Virus record (IMG/VR): IMGVR_UViG_2061766007_002127
Strand: one strand, 5' to 3'
DNA: 64,000 bases
From: an uncultured virus (IMG/VR IMGVR_UViG_2061766007_002127)
Lineage: Duplodnaviria > Heunggongvirae > Uroviricota > Caudoviricetes
Of the stretch, positions 35,313-45,608 are shown one piece after another (position 1 is the first letter of the stretch; the number at the start of each line of letters is the position of its first letter). Below the pieces are notes generated by a model that had not been told where the DNA came from, ran no database searches, and saw nothing but the letters and a program-made list of their open reading frames with translations. The position numbers and the translations under genes are program-made.

Positions 35313-37278
35313 TTACGCCTTCTTGAATTCAAGCGTTATCGCGCCGTCCTTCTCGTCCACGAGGATGTCGCCGCCGTTCTCGGAAAGCTCGCCGAACAGT
35401 ATCTCGTCTGCGACCTTCTCCGTGACCTCGCTGTTCACGATGCGCTCCACTGGGCGCCCACCAGCCTTCTCTGCGACTGCCTTGTCCACAATCCATTTCT
35501 TGGCGTTGTCGGACAGGCTGACCGTCACGTTCTTGCCGTCGAGGGCAGACTGGAGGTTTCGGATGTTCTTGTCCACAATCATCCCCATGACCTGCTCGTT
35601 CAGGTTGTTGAAGTAGAATACGTCCGTGAGGCGGTTTCGGAATTCGGGGCTGAACTTCTTCCTGTATGCGTCCTCGATTGTCTTCTGGGTGCGCTTCGTG
35701 TCGTCGGACTCGCTCTTCGTGAAGCCGAGCGTGCTGGACATCGCAGAGGCGTTGGCGTACCCGACGTTCGTGGTCATCAGGACGATGGCGTGCTTGAATG
35801 AAGCCTCGCGACCGTGGTTGTCGGTCAGCTTGCCCTCGTCCAGAACCTGCAGGAGCAGGTCGTACACGGACTTGTTAGCCTTCTCGATTTCATCCAGCAG
35901 GATGACCTGATGGGGGTTCTTGATGAGGGGCTCCGTCAGGGCGCCAGCCTGCTCGTAGCCGACGTAGCCAGCCGCAGAGCCGATGAGCTTGGACACGCTG
36001 TACTCCTCCTGGTACTCGGACATGTCGAGCTTCGTGAAGCCGATGCCGAGCTCCTTGGCGAGCGTCTTGGCGAGCTCGGTCTTGCCGACGCCAGTCGGTC
36101 CAAGCAGGAGCGCACTGAGGGGTCTCCCAGGATTCGCCAAGCCAGCCTTCTGCATGCGCACCTGACGAACAATCTTGTCCACTACCTCGTCCTGACCGAA
36201 CAGGTTGGTCTTGATTCGGTCGCCGAGTGTCTTGAGCTTCGTCTTGTCGTCGGTCTCGACTGAAATCTTCGGGATGTTCGCGATGGAGCAGACGACCTCC
36301 TCGACATCCTCCTTCGTGGCTACCTTGCCGTCCCTGATGCCAGAGTGGTACTTGGCGCCGATTTCGTCGATGATGTCGATTGCCTTGTCGGGGAAGAACT
36401 TGCCGACAATGTAGCGTGCGCTCAGGTCGACCGTGTACTGGAGAACCTCGTCGCTGTACTTGATTCCGTGGAACTCCTCGTACTTGGGGCGGAGACCCTG
36501 CAGAATCCTGAACGTCTCGTCCTTGGATGGCTCGGACAGGTCGATTTTCTTGAACCGACGGCACAGAGCCTTGTCCTTCTCGATTCTGTTCTTGTACTCG
36601 TCATATGTCGTCGCGCCGATGATTTTGAGCTGACCACGGCTCAGGTACGGCTTCAGGATGTTCGCAGAGTCCATGGAGCCTTCGCTTGAGCCAGCGCCGA
36701 CGATTGTATGCAGTTCGTCGATGAACATGATGACGTTCTCGTTGGACGAGGCTTCCTTGATGGTGTTTTCGAGGCGCTCCTCGAACTCGCCNNNNNNNNN
36801 NNNNNNNNNNNNNNNNNNNNNAGATGGTGCGACCAGCCAGCGATTTCGGAACTTCATCATTGGCGATTTTCAATGCAAGTCCTTCTACGATAGCTGTCTT
36901 ACCACAATTGTGGGAAATGAAATCGTTGGAAAAATAAGCATGTTCAACGCTATCCACTTCAATGTCATAAACATGCTTGTTTCCAATAGCTTCAATATTG
37001 TCAATCTTTTCAATTGNNNNNNNNNNNNNNNNNNNNNNNNNNNNNAATTCCATAGCCTGCTTCCATTCGCCTTCTTCCGTAAAAAGAAGATGGTCGAAGG
37101 AACAATCAATGTTTGCTTGCTCGGTTGAAATTCGATAAGAAGACCTTTCTCCTTTATCAACGACGATTTTTACTCGTTCCCAGCCATTTGGCGTTTCAAC
37201 TTCATATTCTCCAGGTTCATTGTTGAACAATTGGTAGAATTGTTCGATTGTCATTACTGATTCTTCATTTTTTTTCAT
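35313..37278 (-). CDS. clpA: ClpA C-terminal half, preceded by the C-part of a split intein (IntC 37278-36907)
   Basis: AGGAG RBS; intein blocks VETPNGW, DCSFDHLLFT, VYDIEV...YFSNDFISHN|CGKT; then Walker B FIDELHTIVGAG, IGATTYDEY, second AAA module GPTGVGKTELAK, LDMSEY, LLDEIEKA, FSPEFRNRL; no ClpB M-domain. Confidence 0.9.
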
Positions 37279-38493
37279 GTTTGATTCTCCTTTGATGAAT
37301 TGATTTATATCTGTTGAATTTAACCAAGCTTTTTTCAGTCAGTTTTATCTCTTCATTTTCGACCATTTTCTCAATGACAGAAAAATCCATGATTTCGACA
37401 TCGGTTATAATATGAACCATATTTTTCATTTTACAATACAGGATGGCAGCATTTTGTTTTCTTACGACCAAATCCAGTTGCTGAAGCTTCTCTGGCTTTA
37501 TCTCAACGACGATTTTATTGTCGATGAGGAAATCTGGACAATAAGACCTCTCGTGCCCGTCCTTGTCAAGATATTTTATCCTGAAATCTGGAGTATTGTC
37601 GAGGCTTTTCCATTCATGCCCTTCCTTCTCGATTACATTCACCATATACGACAGTTCCCTGAGGCTTCTGAAATACCAGCCCTTGTACCATCCTGAAATC
37701 CCGTTGCCAGAACCTTTCGGAGCTGGCTTCCCGTACATCGGATTGTTCTTTCCTTTGCTTCGCTGTGATTGCTTTTGTATCATTTTTTTATATCTTTCAT
37801 CTGCTTCTTCTTTTCCGTATTTTTCAAGCCAGACATCATATACGGAGCGACCATGCATTCCATTGTTTTTTCCATAATGCGAAGTTTTTTTAGCCAATTC
37901 TTGTTTCTGTTCTAGAGTCGAATNNNNNNNNNNNNNNNNNNNNNNNNNNNNNNNNNNNNATTTTTCATCTGCTTCTTCTTTTCCGTATTTTTCCTCATAT
38001 ACTTTTTTCATTGATTTTCCATAAAACCAGTTGTTTTTTCCAGAATTGCGTTCTGAAGCTTTTTGCCTCATTTCTTCAGTCCATACTCTATGCTGGATTT
38101 CTGACATNNNNNNNNNNNNNNNNNNNNNNNNNNNNNNNNNNNNTCTTTTTTCTTTCTGCTAAATTCTTGTTTTTCTTCCAATGTCATTTTCTCATATCGT
38201 TTTTTTCCAGATTTAGACAGTTTTTCTCTTATTTCAGGATGAGTTTTAAAATTTCTATTGGCAATGCAACTATGGCATATTTTATTTTTGCTTTTGCTAA
38301 AAAGAATTACATCTCCACATTCACAACATACATAACCTGTTTGATTGGGATTACAATCAAGGCATTCGATTTCTTTTTCTTTCGCCAAAAGAAGATGCTT
38401 ACTTGTGATTCTGATTTTTTTACCACATTTACAACAATTTNNNNNNNNNNNNNNNNNNNNNNNNNNNNNNNNNNNNNNNNNNNAATTGGTCAA
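37265..38493 (-). mobile_element. Free-standing homing-endonuclease-like gene between the clpA halves (CxxC repeats + NUMOD3-like + TnsA-like PD-(D/E)XK)
   Basis: AT-rich; CCKCGK, CLDC, CCECG, CHSC; repeated GKNN(W/G/P)(F/M)(Y/H)G; GWYFRSLRELSY...YCPDFLIDNKIVVEIKP. Start hidden near a gap. Confidence 0.75.
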
Positions 38494-38509
38494 TGTGGAA
38501 TTGGAAATG

Positions 38510-39178
38510 TCATGAAATTTTTCTGATTTTCACAAGTGTATTTGCTTCAATGCAACCAGCATCGCCAACAATTACGCAACAGTTTCCTTTCTTCCTAGCC
38601 AGAATCTGCGCCACGCGCTCGCACTCCGTCTCGCGACCGATGAGTGGGTCGATTTTGCCGTCTCGGGCGAGTTGCGTCAGGTCGGTGGCGTACTTGGACA
38701 GGAATTCCGTCCCGACTGCGTTGCCTGACTTGTCCCTGAAGTTCCTGACGTACTCCTGCGCGTCGTCCTCGAAGATGCCGTGCTTGGACAGGAAGTAGGC
38801 AGAAGCCTGCTCCTTGTCGCTGAACAGCATGATGAACACGCAAAGGCTGTCAGGCTCCATCGAGCGCATCGCGCCAGCCGACACGGCAGACTGGATGAGC
38901 TTCGTGTATGCGTTGGTTGGGTTGATGTTGCCGATGTCGTTCGCCTTCTCGACGTTCTCCTCGATGTATTCGGCGACCTCCTTCTTCAGGTCGGACACGG
39001 CTTTCGACTTGTTCTTGTCCGTCGTGAGCTTCTTGACGAGGTTCACGCACTTCTCGTCGTTCAGCAGGACGTAGAGCATCTGCTCTGGGACGAGATAGGC
39101 GTACTTGTGCTTCTCGGCGTAGTCCTGCACCTTGTTGACGAGTTTCTTGATTTCCTCCATTTCGTGGTTGTTCGGCAT
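38510..39178 (-). CDS. clpA: ClpA N-terminal half ending in a 14-aa N-intein (38554-38513)
   Basis: Clp N-domain, then KYATDLTQLARDGKIDPLIGRETE..RVAQILARKKGNCCVIVGDAG|CIEANTLVKIRKIS-TGA. Confidence 0.9.
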   Translation of the reverse strand: MPNNHEMEEIKKLVNKVQDYAEKHKYAYLVPEQMLYVLLNDEKCVNLVKKLTTDKNKSKAVSDLKKEVAEYIEENVEKANDIGNINPTNAYTKLIQSAVSAGAMRSMEPDSLCVFIMLFSDKEQASAYFLSKHGIFEDDAQEYVRNFRDKSGNAVGTEFLSKYATDLTQLARDGKIDPLIGRETECERVAQILARKKGNCCVIVGDAGCIEANTLVKIRKIS

Positions 39179-39181
39179 GTC

Positions 39182-39373
39182 CTAATTCTCCTTTGAATCA
39201 ATTATCTGTATGAACGACTTCACCTTGCTCGCGACCGTCTGCGTCCATCCGAAGTGGTTCTGCAACTGGGTCGTCGTCGGGCTTATCCCGACCTTCCTGC
39301 ACTCTGCAATCCATGCAGTCGCGTCGTCTATGTTCTTCTTCCAGTCTATCCTCTCGCGCTTCTTGCGTTCCAT
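39182..39373 (-). CDS. Small HTH-like protein
   Basis: SPTTTQLQNHFGWTQTVASKV resembles a helix-turn-helix. Confidence 0.4.
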   Translation of the reverse strand: MERKKRERIDWKKNIDDATAWIAECRKVGISPTTTQLQNHFGWTQTVASKVKSFIQIIDSKEN

Positions 39374-39669
39374 GGCTCATCCCTCCGTCTCGAGGAAAGC
39401 CCTTATCGGCAGTCCAGCGTAGTTGAATGCCTCGTTCAGGCTCTCCATCTTCGTCTCTGCTATGGATGGAAGCAACGGCTTCGNNNNNNNNNNNNNNNNC
39501 GTCGAACGACTCCATGACGCCCTTGTCCAGTTCGCATCCCATGATGTCTGCCAGTATCATCACGATTGTCCTGATGCTCTCCCTGAACCCCCTGTCGTGC
39601 ATCGGCACCGTCACCGAAATCCCGACCATGCATTTTTTCGGCAGTTCCAGCTTCAATTTCCTCTCCATC

Positions 39670-40020
39670 TCACGCCTTCTCCATTGTGACCTTGAACTCC
39701 TCGTACCCTGCCTTCTCGGAAATCTCCCTCGTCAGGAGAAGCTTCGACTCGGCGATGCTCTTGGGGTACGTCCCTGCGATGCCCTTGCCCTCGTGGTGTA
39801 TCTTGAGCATCAGCTCGATTGCGTCCATGCGCTCCTTCTTGTAAACCCCGACCAGCACCTCGACCACGAACCCCATCGGGGTCACGTCGTCGTTGTGCAT
39901 GACGATGTTGTACTTGCCTGGAAGCTCCACCGTCGTCCTGTCCTTCACGGCAGTCGTCGTCTCGGTGTCGCCCTCGGTTGGCGTGATGTTCACTATGATT
40001 ATGTTATTTTTCTTCGCCAT
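39670..40020 (-). CDS. clpS: ClpS adaptor of ATP-dependent Clp protease
   Basis: KYNIVMHNDDVTPMGFVVEVL...AIELMLKIHHEGKGIAGTY...IAESK...FKVTMEKA. Confidence 0.92.
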   Translation of the reverse strand: MAKKNNIIIVNITPTEGDTETTTAVKDRTTVELPGKYNIVMHNDDVTPMGFVVEVLVGVYKKERMDAIELMLKIHHEGKGIAGTYPKSIAESKLLLTREISEKAGYEEFKVTMEKA

Positions 40021-40225
40021 CTTTCTCTCCGTTTATGTTCTCCGTCATCGCCTTGCAGGAGTCCTGAATCTCGCACATCTCGCACTCCTCGCACTCTGCC
40101 CAGTGACCGATGCAGTCGCCTGGGTCGTTCACCTCGACCTCGTCGTCCTCGGTCTCGTCGACCTCTGGCTCCTCTGCCTCGACTGGCTTCTCGATTTTAT
40201 CGTCGTCGTCCCTAGCCTTCTTCAT
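40004..40225 (-). CDS. Small acidic Cys-rich protein
   Basis: DCIGHWAECEECEMCEIQDSC. Confidence 0.45.
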   Translation of the reverse strand: MKKARDDDDKIEKPVEAEEPEVDETEDDEVEVNDPGDCIGHWAECEECEMCEIQDSCKAMTENINGEKDGEEK

Positions 40226-40235
40226 GGCATCCCTC

Positions 40236-40562
40236 CTAGTCGTCGAACTCTGCCTCTATCGTCAGCCCGATGTCGCCCTTGTAGTTCGGTCCCATCGAGT
40301 GGAGCCTCGCAGTCTTCAGCTTCGGCAGAGCCTTCCCGAGCAGGGCGTTGTCCTGCCTCGATATGTACCCCACGTGCCTGTAGTCTGCGCCGCCGACATC
40401 CAGACGGACGGCGATTGCGTTGCCGTCGTATGGGTTGTCTGGCTCCCTCTCAAGCCTTACATCGTACTTTCCACCATGCCTGTACCCCTTGAAGAAGTCT
40501 GACAGGACTTGCTGGCGCCCCTCGAACGTGACGCCCACGACATTGTAGCATTGGCTGGACAT
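40236..40562 (-). CDS. HIRAN domain protein
   Basis: VVGVTFEGR...LEREPDNPYDGNAIAV...HVGYI. Confidence 0.85.
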   Translation of the reverse strand: MSSQCYNVVGVTFEGRQQVLSDFFKGYRHGGKYDVRLEREPDNPYDGNAIAVRLDVGGADYRHVGYISRQDNALLGKALPKLKTARLHSMGPNYKGDIGLTIEAEFDD

Positions 40563-40619
40563 TTGAAACCTCCTTGCTGTTGTCCGTTGAAAAAAGAAAA
40601 TCCGTTTTCGTCGCCCATT

Positions 40620-40648
40620 AATATGGCGTATGAAAACGGATTTTCAAG
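40620..40648 (-). promoter_or_regulatory. Class 1 promoter upstream of HIRAN-clpS-clpA block
   Basis: CTTGAAAATCCGTTTTCATACGCCATATT. Confidence 0.6.
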
Positions 40649-40685
40649 CCGTGATTGAAAATTATTTTCAGNNNNNNNNNNNNNT

Positions 40686-41120
40686 TGTTGTTGACAAGGT
40701 AGAACAGGAGGTCGAGGCAAGCCTCTGCGTCCTCCAGACCACGGTGCGACCTGCTGCCTTCATCGCCGCCGTACACCAGACCGAACTCCCTGCACAGGCT
40801 CCCGAGCGTGTTGCGACCAGCCTGCCTCTTCTCGTCGTCCTCCTCGCCCTCCTCCTTCTTCCTCATCTTCCTGACGAGCTGGAGCGTGTCGATGGACTTG
40901 AAGTCGTGCAGGGGATACCCTGCCTCGGAAAGCTTCTGCTGTATCATCGGGATGTCGAACGAATTCCCGTTGTGCGTCACGATGATGGAGTTGCTCAGGT
41001 AGTCGGAAATCTTCTGGGCGCACTGCTTGAACGTCTTCTTCCCACGCCTTTCGGAGTCCTTGATGCGATGCACCTTCCTGACGAGGTACATCGACGAGTG
41101 CCCCCCGCCGAACATCCTCG
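40686..41120 (-). CDS. DEDDh 3'-5' exonuclease (DnaQ-like), ends lost in gaps
   Basis: KVHRI...IVTHNGNSFDIPMI...SIDTLQL...TLGSLCREFG...SHRGLEDAEAC. Confidence 0.8.
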
Positions 41121-41437
41121 NNNNNNNNNNNNNNNNNNNNNNNNNNNNNNNNNNNNNNNNNNNNNNNNNNNNNNNNNATTTATGGTCGGATAGAAAATGT
41201 CGTCAATCAGGTCCATGTCCATGTCGGANNNNNNNNNNTTCTCCTCCTTTTTGGAACCACAGTCCTTCTTCATCCACACGTCGAGAAGCCACTTCTTGTA
41301 CATGTCCCTGCTCAGAGCAAGGCTGTTCCAGTCGTCCCCGTCGTCCGTGGCGACATAAGCCATGAGGATGGCGATGGCTGAAGCCATCTCGTCCTCCGAG
41401 GCATTCCTCATCCTGTCGTAGTTCGTCATTGCATTCC

Positions 41438-42178
41438 CTAGAAATCATATGCCATGCCGAGACGGTCGAAGTCGACCTTCCCGAATTCGCCGTCGATGAA
41501 GAACACCTTCCTCGTGAACACGGTTCCGTTGTACTCCCCGTCGACGTTCTTCCTGTGTATGACTGCGCCGTACTTCTTGTACGTTTCGAGCGCGTTCCAG
41601 TCGACGCCATTCCCAAGGAGCATCGCCTTCTTCTCGTCGGTGTTCTTTTTGTCCAGTTGCTTCGGCGAGAAGTGAGCCTGCGCCAGACCAGACACGGAAT
41701 TGCGTATGCAGTCGTTCTGCCTCCACAGGATGCAGTTGAACACCTCGTCCCTGCTCGGCATGAACATCACCCTCGAGTCGAAGAATGCGTCTGGGCAGTC
41801 CTCTCCGAACAACTGCCTCGCGTACTTGTTGAAGAAGCACCCTGCCATCGACGCAGAGATGGAGCAGAGCTTCTGAATCCTGTTCCCGAACCACGGGTCG
41901 GAATTCTCGGACTGGTCGTTCCTCAGCACGACCGTAATCTCGTCCGACTGGACATACGCCATCACGGCGCTCTGTATGCTCTTGCACAGCTCGTTCGCCG
42001 TCACCTGCATCGCGTCAATCATCCTCTGGTCGAACGGCTTCACGCATCCAGCCCTCTTCACCCACGTGTGGAACGCGCATCCGTCCAGCCGAATCACGAC
42101 TGGGGCGTGTGGGTCGAGGCATCCTTCCTTCTCGGACTTCCGTTCGTACTCCTTCATCCTGTCTCCAAGCGTCATCAT
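41438..42178 (-). CDS. thg1: tRNA(His) guanylyltransferase Thg1-like protein (3'-5' polymerase)
   Basis: GDRMKEYE...VIRLDGCAFH...KPFD...YVQSDEI...WFGNRIQKLCSISAS...FDSRV...WRQNDCIRNSV. Confidence 0.9.
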   Translation of the reverse strand: MMTLGDRMKEYERKSEKEGCLDPHAPVVIRLDGCAFHTWVKRAGCVKPFDQRMIDAMQVTANELCKSIQSAVMAYVQSDEITVVLRNDQSENSDPWFGNRIQKLCSISASMAGCFFNKYARQLFGEDCPDAFFDSRVMFMPSRDEVFNCILWRQNDCIRNSVSGLAQAHFSPKQLDKKNTDEKKAMLLGNGVDWNALETYKKYGAVIHRKNVDGEYNGTVFTRKVFFIDGEFGKVDFDRLGMAYDF

Positions 42179-42198
42179 TCTGCAAATCTCCCTTGTTG

Positions 42199-42567
42199 CT
42201 ACTTGTCATAACTCCAGACCACGTTTATGGTCGGATAGAAAATGTCGTCAATCAGGTCCATGTCCATGTCGGACACGACCACGTTCACTGCCTCGCCGTC
42301 GAATTCTTTCCTGACCCCGTCCACGATTGTTGCGATGTCGTGGAGGTAGTCCGACCAGACGCCGTTCCCGTTCAGCCCACCAGCAAGGTACAACTGGCTG
42401 GCGCTGTATCCGTCCTTCTTCGCATCGGCTCCGACGCCCATCAGGCTTATCTTGCTCTTTTCAGTCCTGCAAGCCTTCACGACCTTGCCGAACCTCGAAA
42501 CGAGCGAGATGTCCTTCTCGCGTTTCGCCTTCTTCGAGCACCAGTTCTTCGACGGGTAGTACGCCAT
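42199..42567 (-). CDS. Hypothetical protein
   Basis: GAGG RBS, MAYYPSKNW...LYLAGGLNGNGVW. Confidence 0.5.
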   Translation of the reverse strand: MAYYPSKNWCSKKAKREKDISLVSRFGKVVKACRTEKSKISLMGVGADAKKDGYSASQLYLAGGLNGNGVWSDYLHDIATIVDGVRKEFDGEAVNVVVSDMDMDLIDDIFYPTINVVWSYDK

Positions 42568-42633
42568 TATTGTTTCCTCAAAAATTTGTTTAGGCACGTC
42601 GAATCGGCGTACCCGATTTCATCCACAGTGTAG

Positions 42634-42700
42634 TTTCAACTCACATCCGTGAAATATGGCAAAATCCGACATTTCATGGATGACAATCTCATGTTGAGAA
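42634..42700 (+). repeat. Dispersed structured repeat, copy 2
   Basis: 67-bp ungapped alignment to copies at 7496 and 59785. Confidence 0.85.
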
Positions 42701-42747
42701 TATGGTTAGAAAGCATTTATTCAGATTCTCGTATGTGTCGAGTTTCT

Positions 42748-43122
42748 TCAGCATTCCTTTCTCACCTCCCCAGTCCAGTCTCCACAGGAGAACTCCCATG
42801 GGCTTTCAAGTTTCCTGCATTCGACGCATCTGCCTCTCATGAGGCATGTGGCGCAAACGCACGGTATTCCGACATGCCACGGCTTATCGGACGGACGGTA
42901 CTCCGTCTCCGAAATCCTGTTCCACTCGTCGACAATCTCGCCTGCATATGCCCCACCGACTGCCTTCTTCAGACCACATCTGCATTTGACGACGCACGAC
43001 GACCATCCTTGCTCGTCGGTCGAGACCACGAGCGCTGGTATGCCACCACAGACTGGGCATGTATTCGCATCCATGCCAGCCTTTTTCGCGATTTCATCAA
43101 GCCCAGTGACCGATTCGCCCAT
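42748..43122 (-). CDS. Lar-like (restriction alleviation family) zinc-ribbon protein
   Basis: TCPVCGG...VVKCRCG...IVDEWNR pattern plus second Cys cluster. Confidence 0.55.
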   Translation of the reverse strand: MGESVTGLDEIAKKAGMDANTCPVCGGIPALVVSTDEQGWSSCVVKCRCGLKKAVGGAYAGEIVDEWNRISETEYRPSDKPWHVGIPCVCATCLMRGRCVECRKLESPWEFSCGDWTGEVRKEC

Positions 43123-43463
43123 TATTTTTTCAAAGCCTCAAGCTCGTTCCCAGTGTACATGCACTCGTATCCGTCCTTCGACAGCTCGTATACGAAGCAG
43201 TTCCCTCTCGGCATTTTCCTGATGCCAGTCACGACCATCGCCTTTCCGTCCCATTCGACCCCGTTGTAGTCGAGGACGGACTGCCTAAGCCTGACGGCAT
43301 CGCCTATCCTGAACCTCGGCGCNNNNNNNNNNNNNNNNNNNNNNNNNNNNNNNNNNNNNNNNNCATGATGAGGTCGGCGGCGTCCTTGCCCGTTCGGCAT
43401 CCAGAGAAGTCAATCTCTGGAATGTCGACTGGAACGCCGTTTATGCTTACAAGCCCCTTCATG

Positions 43464-43670
43464 TCAATCCCCGTTCGACATGCACATGTCCACAATCAGG
43501 TAGGCGAGGCAGATGGGCCATGCGAGAGCCATCAGGAATGCGACGACATAATGCGATTCGATGTTGTGACCGTTCCTCCTGCACCACTTCTCATGAACGT
43601 ACTCGCCCCAGATTGAAACGGGGCACAGGACAATGAAGACAACAATCCAAATCCACAACGCGACAGCCAT
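43464..43670 (-). CDS. Small two-TM membrane protein
   Basis: MAVALWIWIVVFIVLCPVSIW...VVAFLMALAWPICLAYLIV. Confidence 0.5.
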   Translation of the reverse strand: MAVALWIWIVVFIVLCPVSIWGEYVHEKWCRRNGHNIESHYVVAFLMALAWPICLAYLIVDMCMSNGD

Positions 43671-43733
43671 TTTCACTTCNNNNNNNNNNAACAATGAAGA
43701 CAACAATCCAAATCCACAACGCGACAGCCATTT

Positions 43734-44110
43734 TCACTTCCTCCTCAGCATTTCCACCAGCCTTTCCACGAACACCCTCTGGTAGGGGAACATCCTTTCA
43801 AGCGCCACCTCGGCGTCCAAGTACTTCGCAGACTCGAGCTCTGGCGCCATGATGATTTTCCCCGACCCACGGGGGTACTCCATCTCGAACATTATCGAAT
43901 CTATCTCAACGTCGTCTCCGTCTGGGTTGTAGTCGTGCTCGACAGCGAATATCGTCACGACCTTCCCCTTGCTCGTCCTCGACGTGCCGAGGCTGGTCAT
44001 CTCCTTCCCGNNNNNNNNNNGCATTTGAACGGTCCGCCGTTCCTCCCGAGGAGTACCTGCGTCCTTCCGTCCTTCACACGGTATGCCAGTATGCCACAAG
44101 AATGTTCCAT
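43734..44110 (-). CDS. NUDIX-family hydrolase (centre lost in gap)
   Basis: MEHSCGILAYRVKDGRTQVLLGRNGGPF...KVVTIFAVEHD...FEMEYPRGSGKIIMAPEL...YQRVFVERL. Confidence 0.75.
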
Positions 44111-44126
44111 TTCAGTTCCTTTTCCT

Positions 44127-45093
44127 TTACGGATATAATATACCGTTAGAAAAAACTTGTGAAAAATTAGATTTCATTGGTTTCTCCTTTTCGACATTAT
44201 GGGGGACGGCAGATTCCCCATTCAAGAATGAGTCAAGTATGTTAATGGAAGCATTTGTATCTGCATCCAAAGCACATCCACATGAAACACACTCATACTT
44301 CTCTCCTTTTCTCGACTCCTTGTGGATTTCTCCACAATGAGAACATCTCTGACTTGTATAGCAGGCAGGAACAGTGGTCAAATAAGCACGGCTATTCTCA
44401 CACTTTTCCATCAGTCGCCTATGCAACAAGTCTATATTCCAATGAGCCAGCTTCTTGCGAAGCCATTTGCTCTTGCTCAATTTCTTTCCATTCTTTGTTA
44501 TATTCTTCAATTCCTCAATTACAATCAAATCATAATTCTCGATGCCAATCTGATTGATGCACCAACCGATGTAACATTTGATTTCTGCCAATGTCTGATT
44601 GTAATTATGACTTTTTTGAACTCTGTTTTCAAGTTTCTTTAAGAGATTCTTAAAATCAACTCCAATAAATCTTCCATCCGAAAGAGACATTAATTTGTTA
44701 ATGCCAATGTCAATTCCAAGACATTTTGTTCTCGAACTGATTTTGACAGGCTCTTCTTTTTCAAAGAATATATTCACAAAATAATTCTTATCGTTTTTAT
44801 ATAATGTTGCAGAAGAGCATTGTTTATATCCCTCTCGAATCATCTTATTATAATGCTTATGCTTTCTTGAAGGAAGAATCAAGCTAAATCTGTTACCAAA
44901 AACAGAACCAATCCTTATCCACAAGTCAAAGCTGTTGTTCCCGTCCTGAATCTTAATCAAGTCGGAGTTCAGTTCAATTGTAGAACCGTCGAAAACTGGC
45001 ATATTTACTCTATGTCTCAATTTTCTTCCAACAATCCAATCAGCATATTTCTTGTCTAAAATGCCAAAGATATTTCTGTTTTTCTTCTTGCAT
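44127..45093 (-). CDS. tnpB: TnpB RNA-guided endonuclease (5' end in gap)
   Basis: RuvC-I LGIDIGINK, RuvC-II IVIEEL, YTSQRCSHCG...YECVSCG zinc finger, RuvC-III DADTNASINIL; AT-rich. Confidence 0.9.
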
Positions 45094-45608
45094 NNNNNNN
45101 NNNNNNNNNNNNNNNNNNNNNNNNNNNNNNNNNNNNNNNNNNNNNNNNNNNNNNNNNNNNNNNNNNNNNNNNNNNNNNNNNNNNNNNNNNNNNNNNNNNN
45201 NNNNNNNNNNNNNNNNNNNNNNNNNNNNNNNNNNNNNNNNNNNNNNNNNNNNNNNNNNNNNNNNNNNNNNNNNNNNNNNNNNNNNNNNNNNNNNNNNNNN
45301 NNNNNNNNNNNNNNNNNNNNNNNNNNNNNNNNNNNNNNNNNNNNNNNNNNNNNNNNNNNNNNNNNNNNNNNNNNNNNNNNNNNNNNNNNNNNNNNNNNNN
45401 NNNNNNNNNNNNNNNNNNNNNNNNNNNNNNNNNNNNNNNNNNNNNNNNNNNNNNNNNNNNNNNNNNNNNNNNNNNNNNNNNNNNNNNNNNNNNNNNNNNN
45501 NNNNNNNNNNNNNNNNNNNNNNNNNNNNNNNNNNNNNNNNNNNNNNNNNNNNNNNNNNNNNNNNNNNNNNNNNNNNNNNNNNNNNNNNNNNNNNNNNNNN
45601 NNTTTCGA
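44143..45608 (-). mobile_element. Putative IS607-like tnpB element inserted at GG inside a promoter
   Basis: Left flank CTTGACTTTTCCACGATACGGGG and right flank TATATT join into a 29-nt class 1 promoter; GG at both junctions. Confidence 0.6.

Noticed and set aside
38510..38512. Stop-codon reassignment (TGA or TAG read-through) as explanation for broken ORFs
   Set aside because: Well-recognised genes are intact under the standard code and end in TGA, TAG or TAA; other breaks coincide with N gaps.
44127..45093. Cas12f-type CRISPR effector
   Set aside because: No array or cas genes in called bases and the flanks look like an IS insertion; the upstream gap is probably mostly the tnpB 5' end.
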